Shown: positions 8,637 through 18,351 of the stretch, in pieces
Layout of the letters: each line of letters starts with the position of its first letter
Position numbering within the stretch: the stretch's first letter is position 1
DNA from: Candidatus Nanopelagicales bacterium
Lineage (GTDB): Bacteria > Actinomycetota > Actinomycetes > S36-B12
NCBI GenBank assembly: GCA_044240165.1
Contig: JBIIAA010000001.1
Location: 1-50,903 of the forward strand
Direction of reading: 5' to 3'
DNA length: 50,903 nucleotides
The notes under the pieces: generated by a model
Databases searched by the model: none
Told to the model about the DNA's origin: nothing
The model's input: the letters and a program-made list of their open reading frames with translations, nothing else
Translations under genes and position numbers: made by a program

Positions 8637-9799
8637 GAGCGCGAATCTCCATTCATTGTTGGTATCTCTACGATATTGGCTTCCTCGTTCGCATTCTCGC
8701 CATCCGTTCCGGTGAAGGTTGGTAGCCGCAAGGTAAAGGATGAGCCCACACCAACCTCAGACCACACCGCACACTCGCCGCCGTGGTTTTGGCACACATG
8801 CTTCACGATTGCTAGACCAAGGCCTGTGCCTCCGGTCACCCGCGAGCGAGCTGGATCAACGCGGTAAAAACGTTCGAAAACTCGATCGAGATCATTTGCT
8901 GGAATTCCGATGCCCTGATCCTTGACCATGATCTCGACGATGGAATTAACTTCACGTGAATGGATCGCAACACTGGTGCCATCTGACGAATATGCGATGG
9001 CGTTCACCAACAAGTTACGCACTGCAGTTTGCAGTTGCCCGGCATCGGCGAACACGAAAGTTGGGGCTTCGGAGGCAACGACAAGTGACATACCTTTGTC
9101 ATCGGCAATCATCCGAACGTCTTCGACTGCGCGTTGCACAACATCATCGATTTCAACAACGCTCGAGTGGGACAATGGATCATCACCCTGCAAGCGTGAA
9201 AGATCGATGATGTCTTGAACGAGATGCCCAAGTCGAGTTGCTTCCATTTGCATACGCGCTGCGAAATGGCGCACCTGCTCGGGATCCTCGCTGGCCGATT
9301 GAATTGCTTCAGCAAGCACCGAAAGTGCGCCAACGGGAGTCTTCAACTCGTGGCTGATGTTTGCAACAAAATCGCGACGAACCGCGTCAACTCGTCGCTC
9401 TTCCGCCAAGTCATCAATGAGAACCAAAATCGCGCCTGTGCCTAGGTCTGCGACCCGCACGCGTAGTTCCAACATTTCGCGGCCAAGGGGTGGACGTCGT
9501 ACGCGCATTTCTTCTTCGCGAGATTCGCCGTCGCCTGCAACTGCATGAACTAACTTGGCAATGTCTCGTACCGTCATGACATTGCGATTCACGAGGCCAA
9601 GCGCCGAGGCCTTCGCGCTAGCACGAAGAACATTTCCGTCTTGATCCGCGACGATCGAGCACGAAGGCAGCACCGCGAGAATGCGCGCCACCTCGTCAGG
9701 GATCTCTTGGATTTCAGAGTTCGGACCTTCGCTGGGCTCCACCCGAAGCAATTTACTTGTCACATTCGAAGGATATTGAGGCCAGGGGCGTAAGGGCAA
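8633..9799 (-). CDS. senX3: Sensor histidine kinase (SenX3-like), apparently soluble
   Basis: H-box RRDFVANISHELKTP, plus the N, G1 and G2 ATPase boxes (LLVNAIAYS, DQGIGI, GGTGLGLAIV). The longest possible ORF has no hydrophobic segment. The start codon is uncertain. Confidence 0.85.
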   Translation of the reverse strand: MPLRPWPQYPSNVTSKLLRVEPSEGPNSEIQEIPDEVARILAVLPSCSIVADQDGNVLRASAKASALGLVNRNVMTVRDIAKLVHAVAGDGESREEEMRVRRPPLGREMLELRVRVADLGTGAILVLIDDLAEERRVDAVRRDFVANISHELKTPVGALSVLAEAIQSASEDPEQVRHFAARMQMEATRLGHLVQDIIDLSRLQGDDPLSHSSVVEIDDVVQRAVEDVRMIADDKGMSLVVASEAPTFVFADAGQLQTAVRNLLVNAIAYSSDGTSVAIHSREVNSIVEIMVKDQGIGIPANDLDRVFERFYRVDPARSRVTGGTGLGLAIVKHVCQNHGGECAVWSEVGVGSSFTLRLPTFTGTDGENANEEANIVEIPTMNGDSRS

Positions 9800-9834
9800 T
9801 CAACAGGCGCTTGGGCTCCGATCTTTCGCTCAGG

Positions 9835-9887
9835 GTTCACCTGAGCCACTGGCCATTCACCTCACCTTTATGTGACGTTCAACCTTT
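9835..9887. promoter_or_regulatory. Three direct TTCAxC-type repeats (candidate PHO boxes) in the senX3/phoU divergent region
   Basis: GTTCACCTGAG (9835), ATTCACCTCAC (9855) and GTTCAACCTTT (9877). They resemble the actinobacterial PhoP/RegX3 direct-repeat unit G(G/T)TCAYYYR(G/C)G. Confidence 0.35.
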
Positions 9888-9957
9888 CGCCATGTTCTTG
9901 CCCAAGTGTGGGCATATGGGGACGTATGCTGCACGCCGAAGGGGGTTTCGTCTACCC

Positions 9958-10611
9958 ATGGCATATGCAGATGATTTAGAAGCCGTTAACACGCGGTTGG
10001 TGGAAGTAGCCGACCTCGTGGGCTCTGCCATGTTCATGGCTACCCAATCCCTCCTTGACGCCGATAATGACCTGGCCCAAGGTGTGATCGCCCAAGATGA
10101 GCGTATTGACATCCTCACGGCAGAGATCGAAGAACGCTGCGTTGAACTGATTTCACTACACCATCCCACCGACCGCGAATTACGCATCCTGATCGGATCC
10201 CTTCGCATCGCGGCCTCCCTTGAGCGCATGGGTGATCTGGCTTCACACGTAGCAAAGCAAGCCCGCATGCGCTTTCCCAACCCGGTCATTCCCCACGAAC
10301 TTCGATCCACCTTCGAGGAAATGGGCGCCTTAGCTCAAGCCATTGTCACCAAGACCGCCGTGGTCCTTGCCACCAAAGACCTGACATTGGCCACCGATAT
10401 TGCCGGACACGATGAGGACGTCGATCGCCTTCACCTTGAGCTCTTTCGAGCCGTGCTCTCCCCTACTTGGCAAAACGGGGTTGAAAGTGCGATTGATATC
10501 ACCCTGCTTTCGCGCTACTACGAGCGATATGCCGACCATGCGGTATCCGTGACCAGACGCCTGATCACCATCGTGACTGGTGATCCGTACGTCGGCGTCA
10601 CACTGACTTAG
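9958..10611 (+). CDS. phoU: Phosphate signalling complex protein PhoU
   Basis: Two PhoU repeats are visible (RIAASLERMGDLASHVAK and LSRYYERYADHAVSV). I chose the start at ATG 9958 (MAYADDLEAV); ATG 9916 is an alternative. The track ORF start at 9757 overlaps senX3 and the candidate operator. Confidence 0.85.
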   Translation: MAYADDLEAVNTRLVEVADLVGSAMFMATQSLLDADNDLAQGVIAQDERIDILTAEIEERCVELISLHHPTDRELRILIGSLRIAASLERMGDLASHVAKQARMRFPNPVIPHELRSTFEEMGALAQAIVTKTAVVLATKDLTLATDIAGHDEDVDRLHLELFRAVLSPTWQNGVESAIDITLLSRYYERYADHAVSVTRRLITIVTGDPYVGVTLT

Positions 10612-10682
10612 CCATAGCCGTTTGTCAGGTTCGAGGCTTTGTGTAAGGCTGCCCTAACGAGGAATCGTTGAGGGAGGTGAAA

Positions 10683-11981
10683 ATGACCGTCAGTGCGTTG
10701 CGACCACACCGGAAAGTGCCCAAGCGGGTGGCTCTGCTGTCCATTCATACTTCACCCCTCGACCAACCAGGCACCGGTGATGCCGGCGGAATGAACGTCT
10801 ACGTGCTTGAAACCGCCAAGCAACTCGCGCATGCTGGCGTTGAAGTCGAAGTTTTCACCAGAGCAACCCGCTCCAATCACGAGTCTGTCGTTGAAATTGC
10901 CCCCGGAATCTTGGTTCGCCACGTCACAGCCGGTCCGTTCGAGGGGCTGCGAAAAGAAGACTTACCTGGTCAACTCTGCGCTGTTACTTCTGGAGTTTTG
11001 CGTGCTGAAGCTGCGCGTCCGGAAGGTTGGTTTGACTTAATCCATTCGCATTACTGGCTCTCTGGCCAGGTCGGCTGGTTGGCCTCCGAACGCTGGGGCG
11101 TGCCTTTGGTGCACACGATGCACACGATGGCCAAGGTGAAAAATGCGGATTTGGCTGACGGTGACAAGCCTGAACCGCACGGTCGAGTCATCGGCGAAGA
11201 ACAAGTGGTCGAAGCAGCGACTCGACTCATCGCCAACACCAACGACGAAGCACGCCAACTTATTGATTTGTATGGTGCGAACCCTGCTCACCTTGATGTG
11301 GTGCACCCTGGTGTGGATCTTGCACTGTTCTCACCGGGTAGCCAGCTCACTGCCCGCGCTCGATTCGGAGTCAAGGCCGACGCACTGCTGCTGTTATTTG
11401 TCGGACGAATCCAACCGCTAAAGGCTCCTGATGTGCTGTTGCGTGCAGCTGCAGAAATGGTACGAGCTAACCCTGCTTTGCGTTCGCGTTTGCTTATAGT
11501 CATTGCTGGTGGACCTTCAGGTTCTGGTCTTGAACGCCCAACATCGCTTGTGGATTTAGCCCATGAACTTGGCATTACTGACCTTGTTCGCTTTGAACCA
11601 CCAACTAATCGAGCAACACTTGCCGATTGGTTTCGTGCCGCTGACCTCACCGTTGTGCCTTCGTATTCAGAATCCTTTGGCCTTGTCGCTATTGAGTCTC
11701 AAGCCTGCGGAACACCAGTTGTGGCTGCAGCCGTTGGTGGATTACGCACCGCCATTGCGAATAACTCAAGCGGCATATTGATTGATGGTCACGATCCTGC
11801 TGATTACGCATCCGTGATGAACTCGCTCTTGCAAGACCGGCGTCAACTAGAACTGCTACAAGTCGGCTCACGTCAACATGCTGAAAATTTTGGATGGCAA
11901 GCAACAGCGCTCGGACTACTTGATTCATATTCACAGGCAATTTCAGACTACGCGCAGCGCACTACAAGCGTTGCGCTGTGA
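10683..11981 (+). CDS. mshA: D-inositol-3-phosphate glycosyltransferase (mycothiol biosynthesis)
   Basis: [27 protein letters not shown] is the characteristic MshA N-terminus. ATG 10683 is preceded by GGGAGG. Confidence 0.9.
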   Translation: MTVSALRPHRKVPKRVALLSIHTSPLDQPGTGDAGGMNVYVLETAKQLAHAGVEVEVFTRATRSNHESVVEIAPGILVRHVTAGPFEGLRKEDLPGQLCAVTSGVLRAEAARPEGWFDLIHSHYWLSGQVGWLASERWGVPLVHTMHTMAKVKNADLADGDKPEPHGRVIGEEQVVEAATRLIANTNDEARQLIDLYGANPAHLDVVHPGVDLALFSPGSQLTARARFGVKADALLLLFVGRIQPLKAPDVLLRAAAEMVRANPALRSRLLIVIAGGPSGSGLERPTSLVDLAHELGITDLVRFEPPTNRATLADWFRAADLTVVPSYSESFGLVAIESQACGTPVVAAAVGGLRTAIANNSSGILIDGHDPADYASVMNSLLQDRRQLELLQVGSRQHAENFGWQATALGLLDSYSQAISDYAQRTTSVAL

Positions 11982-11994
11982 GGGTATTAAATAC

Positions 11995-12498
11995 GTGACT
12001 GACAAAGAATCAGTAAGCGCGGAAATTCGCAATTACCTTGAACTCAATGAAATTGAATTCGAAGAAATCGCTGGACCGACTTTCGTTGTGACACTTCCAG
12101 GTGTGAAGAAACTCAAAACTAATGTTGCATTGCGAGTCGGAACACATGCGGTTTCAATCAGCGGATTCGTAGCTCGTTGCCCCGAGGAAAATGCAGACAA
12201 AGTTCATGCCTGGCTGCTTGAAAAGAATCGTCGGATGTACGGTGTCGCGTTTTCGATTGATCAATATGGCGATATCTACTTGACCGGCCGCGTTGCCCTT
12301 CGTGCCATCGACGATCACGAACTTGATCGTCTACTCGGCTCCGTTCTTGAATATGCAGATGAATCTTTCAACCCAATCCTTGAACTTGGGTTTCTCAGTG
12401 CAATGCAACGCGAGTGGGACTGGCGCATTTCCCGAGGCGAGCCAACCTTCAACCTAGAAGCGTGGCGGCACCTGCTTGAACATCCCAGTGAGCAATAA
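11995..12498 (+). CDS. YbjN-domain protein (Rv0487-like by position between mshA and gpmA)
   Basis: GTG 11995 follows GAGGG and the mshA stop. Family assignment is by synteny and general resemblance only. Confidence 0.65.
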   Translation: MTDKESVSAEIRNYLELNEIEFEEIAGPTFVVTLPGVKKLKTNVALRVGTHAVSISGFVARCPEENADKVHAWLLEKNRRMYGVAFSIDQYGDIYLTGRVALRAIDDHELDRLLGSVLEYADESFNPILELGFLSAMQREWDWRISRGEPTFNLEAWRHLLEHPSEQ

Positions 12499-12525
12499 GC
12501 AAGCCGCTACCGACAAAATACGGCT

Positions 12526-13296
12526 ATGACAACGAGCCAGGCCCCGTACACCTTGATTCTGCTTCGCCATGGCGAAAGTGAATGGAACGCCAAGAACCTG
12601 TTTACCGGATGGGTCGATGTTGATCTGAACGAGAAGGGTCTTGCTGAAGCCCAACGTGGCGGCGAACTACTCAAAGCAGCCGGAATTCTCCCTGACGTCG
12701 TGCACACCTCACTTCTGAAGCGCGCTATCAAGACAAGCCAGATCGCGCTTGAAGCAGCAGACCGCCACTGGATTCCCGTGGTGCGCAACTGGCGCCTCAA
12801 CGAGCGTCACTATGGGGCACTCCAAGGTAAAGACAAAGCACAGACCCTCGCTGAATACGGCGACGAGCAATTCATGCTTTGGCGTCGTTCATACGACACC
12901 CCACCGCCTGCGATTGATCCAAATAACGAGTGGGCTCAAACTCACGAAGTTCGCTATTCAAGCCTGCCTCCTGAAGCAGTACCTGCAACCGAATGTCTCA
13001 AGGATGTCGTCACCCGATTAATCCCGTACTGGGAAGACGTGATCGTTGCCGAGGACTTGCGCGCAGGAAAGACCGTCCTGATCGCTGCCCACGGCAATTC
13101 ACTTCGCGCGCTCGTGAAGCACCTTGACGGTATTTCAGATGCCGATATTGCAACGCTCAATATTCCCACTGGCATTCCGCTGATCTATCGCCTCGACGAG
13201 AATCTCAAGCCAATAGTCGCCGGCGGGCAATACTTGGATCCAGAAGCCGCGGCAACCGCGGCAGCAGCTGTTGCCGCCCAAGGCAAAAAGAAGTAG
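12526..13296 (+). CDS. gpmA: 2,3-bisphosphoglycerate-dependent phosphoglycerate mutase
   Basis: [12 protein letters not shown] (RHG motif), [11 protein letters not shown] and [10 protein letters not shown] are present. Confidence 0.95.
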   Translation: MTTSQAPYTLILLRHGESEWNAKNLFTGWVDVDLNEKGLAEAQRGGELLKAAGILPDVVHTSLLKRAIKTSQIALEAADRHWIPVVRNWRLNERHYGALQGKDKAQTLAEYGDEQFMLWRRSYDTPPPAIDPNNEWAQTHEVRYSSLPPEAVPATECLKDVVTRLIPYWEDVIVAEDLRAGKTVLIAAHGNSLRALVKHLDGISDADIATLNIPTGIPLIYRLDENLKPIVAGGQYLDPEAAATAAAAVAAQGKKK

Positions 13297-13614
13297 CTAC
13301 CAGCGGTTATTTAAAATCTCTTGGATGCGCGGACGCACATCGAAGAGATAGACCAGCGAGGCTACGAGCCCGGCAATTCCAAAGAGCCCTAACGGATCTT
13401 GGAAGATCAAACCTGCCAGGGCAGAGATCCCGGTCAAGGTTAGCCACAGGGGCTTGGATTGGCGCCCTACCGCTGCGAATGCTTGAGCTGGCCTGCGGAC
13501 ACAATCAGCGAACGCATAGACCTTTAGCCCAAGGAAGAGCACCCACAGAACCAAGATCACAATGTTTTGCACCTGAAAGAACACCACCTCAAGGTAACTG
13601 ATGGGCAAGACCAT
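13297..13614 (-). CDS. DUF2516-type small membrane protein
   Basis: 105 aa with three hydrophobic helices. Its stop codon abuts the gpmA stop (TAGCTA). Confidence 0.7.
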   Translation of the reverse strand: MVLPISYLEVVFFQVQNIVILVLWVLFLGLKVYAFADCVRRPAQAFAAVGRQSKPLWLTLTGISALAGLIFQDPLGLFGIAGLVASLVYLFDVRPRIQEILNNRW

Positions 13615-13632
13615 TCATGACAGGGTGGGTAC

Positions 13633-14082
13633 ATGAGAGCGCTAGTACAACGAGCCCTAGGGGCAAGCGTCAGCGTTGACGGCGAAGTTCTTGGAAGTTT
13701 CCTGGGGCCCGGCCTGGTGGTACTCATTGGTGTAACCCACTCAGATGACGCATCAACAGCACACAAACTGGCTGAAAAAATCTTAAACCTGCGCATCTTC
13801 GCTGACTCCGCAGGCGAGGTTTCAGCCAGCGATCTGAATGCGCCTTTGCTCGTGATTAGCCAATTCACGTTGTACGCAGACACTAAAAAAGGTCGCCGAC
13901 CGAGTTGGGATGCCGCCGCGCCCGCACCCATTGCCGAACCGCTCGTTCAAGAATGCATTGATGCTCTGCGCCGTCTTGGCGCAAAAGTTGAAACAGGGAA
14001 GTTCGGCGCAGACATGAAAGTGAACTTCACCAACGACGGTCCCATCACCATCTTGTTGGAGATGGATCCTCAACTGCCGTAA
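13633..14082 (+). CDS. dtd: D-aminoacyl-tRNA deacylase
   Basis: MRALVQRA..., [17 protein letters not shown] and [10 protein letters not shown] are typical Dtd motifs. Confidence 0.9.
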   Translation: MRALVQRALGASVSVDGEVLGSFLGPGLVVLIGVTHSDDASTAHKLAEKILNLRIFADSAGEVSASDLNAPLLVISQFTLYADTKKGRRPSWDAAAPAPIAEPLVQECIDALRRLGAKVETGKFGADMKVNFTNDGPITILLEMDPQLP

Positions 14083-15001
14083 TCACGATCGAGTCATGTT
14101 CTACAAGGAGTTCTTCGCCAACGCCGACATTGCGTTTCAACATCACTAGGGCAATCATTCCGTCTTCGTGATGACGAACTGCTGTGCCAATCCAGCCAAC
14201 GTTTTTGCCATTGAGTGAGATCACGTCGCCGTGCACTGGGAGTTCCTCGGTTGAACCATCAAGGTGCACCAGCGCTAGTCGACGCGGTGGCTGACCAAGA
14301 TTGTTGACCTTGGCCACCGTCTCTTGCCCTCGATAGCAACCCTTTTGCAGATGCACTGCGGAGTTCAGCCAATTAACTTCATTGGGAATCGTGCGGTGAT
14401 CCGTCTCGCAATTCATTCGCGGCATTCCAGCCGCAACTCGCAAGGCTTCTAGCGCCCAGGAACCAGCCTCCGGTGCGGATGAAAGCCGATCCTCGAGTTC
14501 AGCACGGGGAACGACAACCTCGCGGCCAGCGAATCCGCGAGCTGCGAACGGTTGCGGCACGAGCCAACTTGGCAACTCAGGATCAACAACATTCTTTGGC
14601 TCCCACACCACCGCAAAGTCGCTACTAACATCGGCGACTTCAACCCGCAACATGAAGCGCATGCGATCTAGATAGGCCAAGAGGGTTTCAGCTTGACCAG
14701 GTTGGGTAACAATCCAAGCAGTGTCGCCGTCATCAATGATGTGCAGTTCATATTCAACGTGACCATTTGGACTCAGGATCAACGCCAAAGCGCTCTCACC
14801 TGGCTTGAGCGCATTCACAAGTTGCGTCGTGAGGTCATTGAGCCAACTCAGGCGATCTGGTCCGGAAACCGTGAGAACACTTCGATTGCTCAGATCAACA
14901 ATGCCAACACCTTGGGCAAGCAAGCGTTGCTCGCCAAGGGGATCTCCGCAATGCCAAGGCATATCTTGATCAAAAATCACTTCCGCTGGTGCAACGCGCA
15001 T
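14045..15001 (-). CDS. ygfZ: Folate-binding YgfZ/GcvT-like protein
   Basis: Has a GcvT-like N-terminal domain and the C-terminal KGCYRGQE motif. Start ATG 15001 forms a TGATG overlap with the fur stop. Confidence 0.85.
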   Translation of the reverse strand: MRVAPAEVIFDQDMPWHCGDPLGEQRLLAQGVGIVDLSNRSVLTVSGPDRLSWLNDLTTQLVNALKPGESALALILSPNGHVEYELHIIDDGDTAWIVTQPGQAETLLAYLDRMRFMLRVEVADVSSDFAVVWEPKNVVDPELPSWLVPQPFAARGFAGREVVVPRAELEDRLSSAPEAGSWALEALRVAAGMPRMNCETDHRTIPNEVNWLNSAVHLQKGCYRGQETVAKVNNLGQPPRRLALVHLDGSTEELPVHGDVISLNGKNVGWIGTAVRHHEDGMIALVMLKRNVGVGEELLVEHDSIVITAVEDPSPTRW

Positions 15002-15444
15002 CAATTGTTCCTTAATAGGTCTTCGCCGAGAACACCAAAGCATGATTCGCATTCACCATGCATTGCCATGTGCGAAATATCGGTCACGAACTTATGTTCT
15101 GACCGCAGTTCTGCAATAAACGCATCCGCGATTGCACTCGGCGCGCTTGAGACTTTGCCGCAGGAGTCACAGACTAAATGAATATGAATGTCTTCATCAA
15201 CGGCGTGATAAGTGGGTGCGCCATGCCCGATGTGCGCATGTGTAACAAGATCAACGTCTTCAAGCACTTCTAGGGTTCGATACACCGTTGAAAGGTTCAC
15301 CCCCGAAGCCGTGCGCTGCACTTCAATCAAGATCTCTTCAGGTGTTCCGTGACGTAAATGATCAACAGCCTCTAGGACGAGTTGGCGTTGCGGAGTAATG
15401 CGGAAACCGTGAGTGCGAAGTCGCTGCTCCCAGTCTTTGTTCAC
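15001..15444 (-). CDS. fur: Fur-family metalloregulator
   Basis: RITPQRQLVLEAV helix-turn-helix, HxH cluster (THAHIGH), and CDSCG and ECESC Cys pairs. GTG start in a GTGA overlap with the upstream gene. The metal specificity cannot be called. Confidence 0.85.
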   Translation of the reverse strand: MNKDWEQRLRTHGFRITPQRQLVLEAVDHLRHGTPEEILIEVQRTASGVNLSTVYRTLEVLEDVDLVTHAHIGHGAPTYHAVDEDIHIHLVCDSCGKVSSAPSAIADAFIAELRSEHKFVTDISHMAMHGECESCFGVLGEDLLRNN

Positions 15445-15968
15445 GTAGTTTCCTCAGAGCGATGCAATGTGGCAGCAAGATGATTACTTACCGGCTGGCC
15501 CATGGCTCCCATGTCGAAGGTCCACAGCAATTTGCCTTCAACTAACCCGTAAAGGCGATGGCCTTCTGTGTATTCCTTTGCGCTTTGGGTTCGCGCCACC
15601 AGATCTGTGCGCATTTCCGCGCGAGCTCCAGTGATCTGGGCCTGCTCAATTCCAGTGATTTCCACTTTGCCGTACCAAATTTCGGAATAGCCAGTGGGAT
15701 GCGCCAGTTCCATCTCGAGATGGTTCTCGGGGCGTGGACGCACAAAACCAGATTCAGATGCGAGCGGACGAACACGATTGCCTTCGTCATCAAGCAACCA
15801 GCTTCGCGACCAGTAAGTCAAGAATGGGCGTCCATCAGTGCTGAAACTTATTTCCTGGCCAAAGCGGAAATCCTCGATCGTGGGGTACTGGCCGGTTCCA
15901 ACGCCCACCCAATGGCCAATCAGCCAAGAAAGGGGCGCGAGCTCTGCAGCTGTGGTGTTTGCATCCAT
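15441..15968 (-). CDS. Nitrobindin/FABP-family (DUF1794) heme-binding beta-barrel protein
   Basis: LAPLSWLIGHWVGVGTGQYPTIEDFRFGQEISF is the typical N-terminal signature of this family (Rv2717c-like). Confidence 0.8.
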   Translation of the reverse strand: MDANTTAAELAPLSWLIGHWVGVGTGQYPTIEDFRFGQEISFSTDGRPFLTYWSRSWLLDDEGNRVRPLASESGFVRPRPENHLEMELAHPTGYSEIWYGKVEITGIEQAQITGARAEMRTDLVARTQSAKEYTEGHRLYGLVEGKLLWTFDMGAMGQPVSNHLAATLHRSEETT

Positions 15969-16095
15969 GAATATCTAGCCTTGACTCTTCATTAGCCGGA
16001 AAACAATGACAAAACAGACCCAGGTGGCCAAAGCCAAGGCTCCAATAAGGAGGCTCGTGTAGACGGTTTCAAGCATGTACGGAAGCCTACCTCTC

Positions 16096-16470
16096 ATGAG
16101 TGCGAATAGCCTGAAGCAATTAGTCCTGAAGATCACCGCCGGTCAAGACGATCCAGAGCGCTGCGCCCAAGGCTTCACTGTTGCCGCGACCGCTGCTGCA
16201 TCTGGAGCTCAGGTTTCTCTGTGGCTCACCGGCGAAGCTGCTTGGTTTGCGCTGCCGGATCGGGCAAGTGGTTTTGAGCTGGCTCACGCTGCACCACTGA
16301 ATGACTTACTGGCTGCGGTTCTTGAAACCGGGACAGTGACCTTGTGTTCCCAATGTGCACAGCGACGAGACATCAAGCCAGAACAACTGATCCCCGGAAT
16401 TCGAATTGCCGGAGCTGCAACTTTTGTGGAAGAGATTCTCGCGCCCGACACCCAAGCGCTCGTCTACTAA
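16096..16470 (+). CDS. DsrE/DsrF-like sulfur-relay family protein
   Basis: LVLKITAGQDDPERCAQGFTVAATAAASGAQVSLWLTGEA and TLCSQCAQRR are present. The start is ambiguous (ATG 16096 preferred, ATG 16075 possible). Confidence 0.7.
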   Translation: MSANSLKQLVLKITAGQDDPERCAQGFTVAATAAASGAQVSLWLTGEAAWFALPDRASGFELAHAAPLNDLLAAVLETGTVTLCSQCAQRRDIKPEQLIPGIRIAGAATFVEEILAPDTQALVY

Positions 16471-16502
16471 AGCGGAGCTATTGAGATAGCTCCTACTGAA
16501 AG

Positions 16503-16967
16503 TTACGCGCTCACCGAACGTGAAAAAGTGCGCTTGCCCAACAAGAACATCTCGCAACCAAGGCAGAAGCCGAAGGCTGAATTAAGAAATGCTGCAGCAA
16601 GAGCAAACGCCACCGCGACGTAGGCAATTGCTGTGACCCCAGTAGCTAAACCGATGAGCGCTACCGCAGTGAAGATGAAACCAACGAGTGCGGCAAAGCG
16701 TGGCGGAGCAATCGCTTCAAATTCAGAAGCAGGCGCGATTCGAGGCTGAACAACCTTGCGAAAGATAATTCCGTACGGCTGAGCCTTGAGCCCGACAAAC
16801 GCACCCAACCCAAAAACAATGGTCTGGATGATGAGCAGCACCGCTGCAACAGCAGTCCCGATCGTCAACAAAGAAACAGCAAGCACGACAACCGTGATGC
16901 CTGCGGCAAAGCGCGGGCCACGAACATCAACTTCTACTTGCGGATCACATATCGCTGAGGAAGACAT
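16503..16967 (-). CDS. DUF4395 membrane protein
   Basis: Four hydrophobic helices and a C-terminal FGFCLGCEMF motif. It commonly neighbours thioredoxin-like genes. Confidence 0.7.
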   Translation of the reverse strand: MSSSAICDPQVEVDVRGPRFAAGITVVVLAVSLLTIGTAVAAVLLIIQTIVFGLGAFVGLKAQPYGIIFRKVVQPRIAPASEFEAIAPPRFAALVGFIFTAVALIGLATGVTAIAYVAVAFALAAAFLNSAFGFCLGCEMFLLGKRTFSRSVSA

Positions 16968-17042
16968 ACCTATAAGGAAAACACAGGCATTCGCCTACAA
17001 CAAGGTTGAAAAAAGATGGTGCAAAGCCTTTGCAGCAGGGCC

Positions 17043-17537
17043 TCACACCACCTCGCCTAGGGCAGCGATGACATCAGCCTTTCGAGGCAAGCCGACTGCC
17101 TTTTTCGTGATAATTCCACCGGAATCCAGCACGAGAATTGTTGGAGTGCGCCGGATATCGAGCTGGCGGACGAGGTCTAGGTGGGCCTCAGCATCAATTT
17201 CAATGTGCATAGTGCCGGTAATCATGGTCGTAACTTCATCAAGAATGCGGCGAGTGGCCCGACACGGCTGACAAAAGGCTGTTGAGAATTGCACAATCGT
17301 CGCCCGCTCGCCAAGGGCGCTTCCCAGCATTTCTGCTGTCAATCTCTCGCCACCGTGTTCGCCGGCTGAGGGGGTGAGCACGTCAACCTCAGGGTCATCA
17401 TCAGCTACCGGAATCGGCGCCAACGTCGCGATCGATTTCATCTGCCCATCAGTCTTTTTGCGCCACAATCCAAATGCGGTAGCAACCGCTAGGACAGCCA
17501 GTAGGAGCACTAGTCCGAACATCGTGACAATCCCCAT
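17043..17537 (-). CDS. Membrane-anchored thioredoxin-fold protein
   Basis: N-terminal TM helix ([19 protein letters not shown]) and a CxxC active site (FCQPC). Confidence 0.8.
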   Translation of the reverse strand: MGIVTMFGLVLLLAVLAVATAFGLWRKKTDGQMKSIATLAPIPVADDDPEVDVLTPSAGEHGGERLTAEMLGSALGERATIVQFSTAFCQPCRATRRILDEVTTMITGTMHIEIDAEAHLDLVRQLDIRRTPTILVLDSGGIITKKAVGLPRKADVIAALGEVV

Positions 17538-18328
17538 TTCGCTATCTCGTCGATTGTGGCCAGATCTACTGCCGCTTCAGCATGCCCGATGCCATCTAAG
17601 AGCCAAAGGTTGGCATCTAAATGTCCACTTGCCAGCGCTGCTCGGTGAATCGCCTTGGGATGCTCAATCGGGAAATAACGATCCGCTGTTCCATGCACCA
17701 CGAGCAAGGGGGTTTCCAGCAGCAGCCCTGCGGCAGCCACTGGTTCAAGGGGTCGAGGCATCGGCCAAACATCTGGACGAATCTTGGTGTTTCGCACGCG
17801 CAGATAGGCCCGACCGGTGCGTGTTTCCACCAACCAATGCAAACCACGCATAACGGGGGTTCCTCGGTAGTACCAAAATGCCGGACCGCTCACCGCAACG
17901 ACCGCATCTACTGGTGCCTGCAGGATTGGGTCAGTTTCTGAGCCGTGTGCGCTGTCTAAGGCCAGCGCCGCCTGGCGTAGACACACTGCGGCACCCATCG
18001 AAAAGCCAACCGTGACTACTTTGGTGAAACCAAGCTCACGAGCCCAAGTAACCGTGACATCCAGATCGAGTACTTCCAACCTGCCGACCGTTGACTGGCC
18101 ACCAGATTGACCGTGACCTCGAAGGTCCAAGGTGATGACAGATCCATATTCGGCCAGCCGGCTTGAGATGGCCCGAACCTGCTCATGCTGGCCATGGCCG
18201 GTGAAGCCATGCACCACCACGAAAACCACGGCACCAACTCCGGGGGTCAAATTGACGGCCAGTTGCACTCCATCGTCAGCCACCAGAGTGGCTGACGTGG
18301 GAAGGTTCATGGGAGCATTGTCTCGCAA
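17510..18328 (-). CDS. Alpha/beta-fold hydrolase
   Basis: HGFTGHG oxyanion region, nucleophile elbow GFSMGA, and a C-terminal GIGH. Its 3' end overlaps the thioredoxin gene start by up to 28 nt. Confidence 0.75.
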   Translation of the reverse strand: MRDNAPMNLPTSATLVADDGVQLAVNLTPGVGAVVFVVVHGFTGHGQHEQVRAISSRLAEYGSVITLDLRGHGQSGGQSTVGRLEVLDLDVTVTWARELGFTKVVTVGFSMGAAVCLRQAALALDSAHGSETDPILQAPVDAVVAVSGPAFWYYRGTPVMRGLHWLVETRTGRAYLRVRNTKIRPDVWPMPRPLEPVAAAGLLLETPLLVVHGTADRYFPIEHPKAIHRAALASGHLDANLWLLDGIGHAEAAVDLATIDEIAKWGLSRCSD

Positions 18329-18351
18329 CAGAGTTGAGGGAGGTGGGCCAG

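Noticed and set aside
9757-9957. 67-codon N-terminal extension of the phoU ORF
   Set aside because: It overlaps the senX3 start and the PHO-box-like repeats, and it does not resemble PhoU. The PhoU homology starts near MAYADDLEAV.
16075-16095. Longer DsrE-like start at ATG 16075 (MYGSLPL...)
   Set aside because: The nearest AGGAGG is 20 nt upstream, which is too far. ATG 16096 has GGAAG at about 11 nt. I keep it only as an alternative because the evidence is weak either way.
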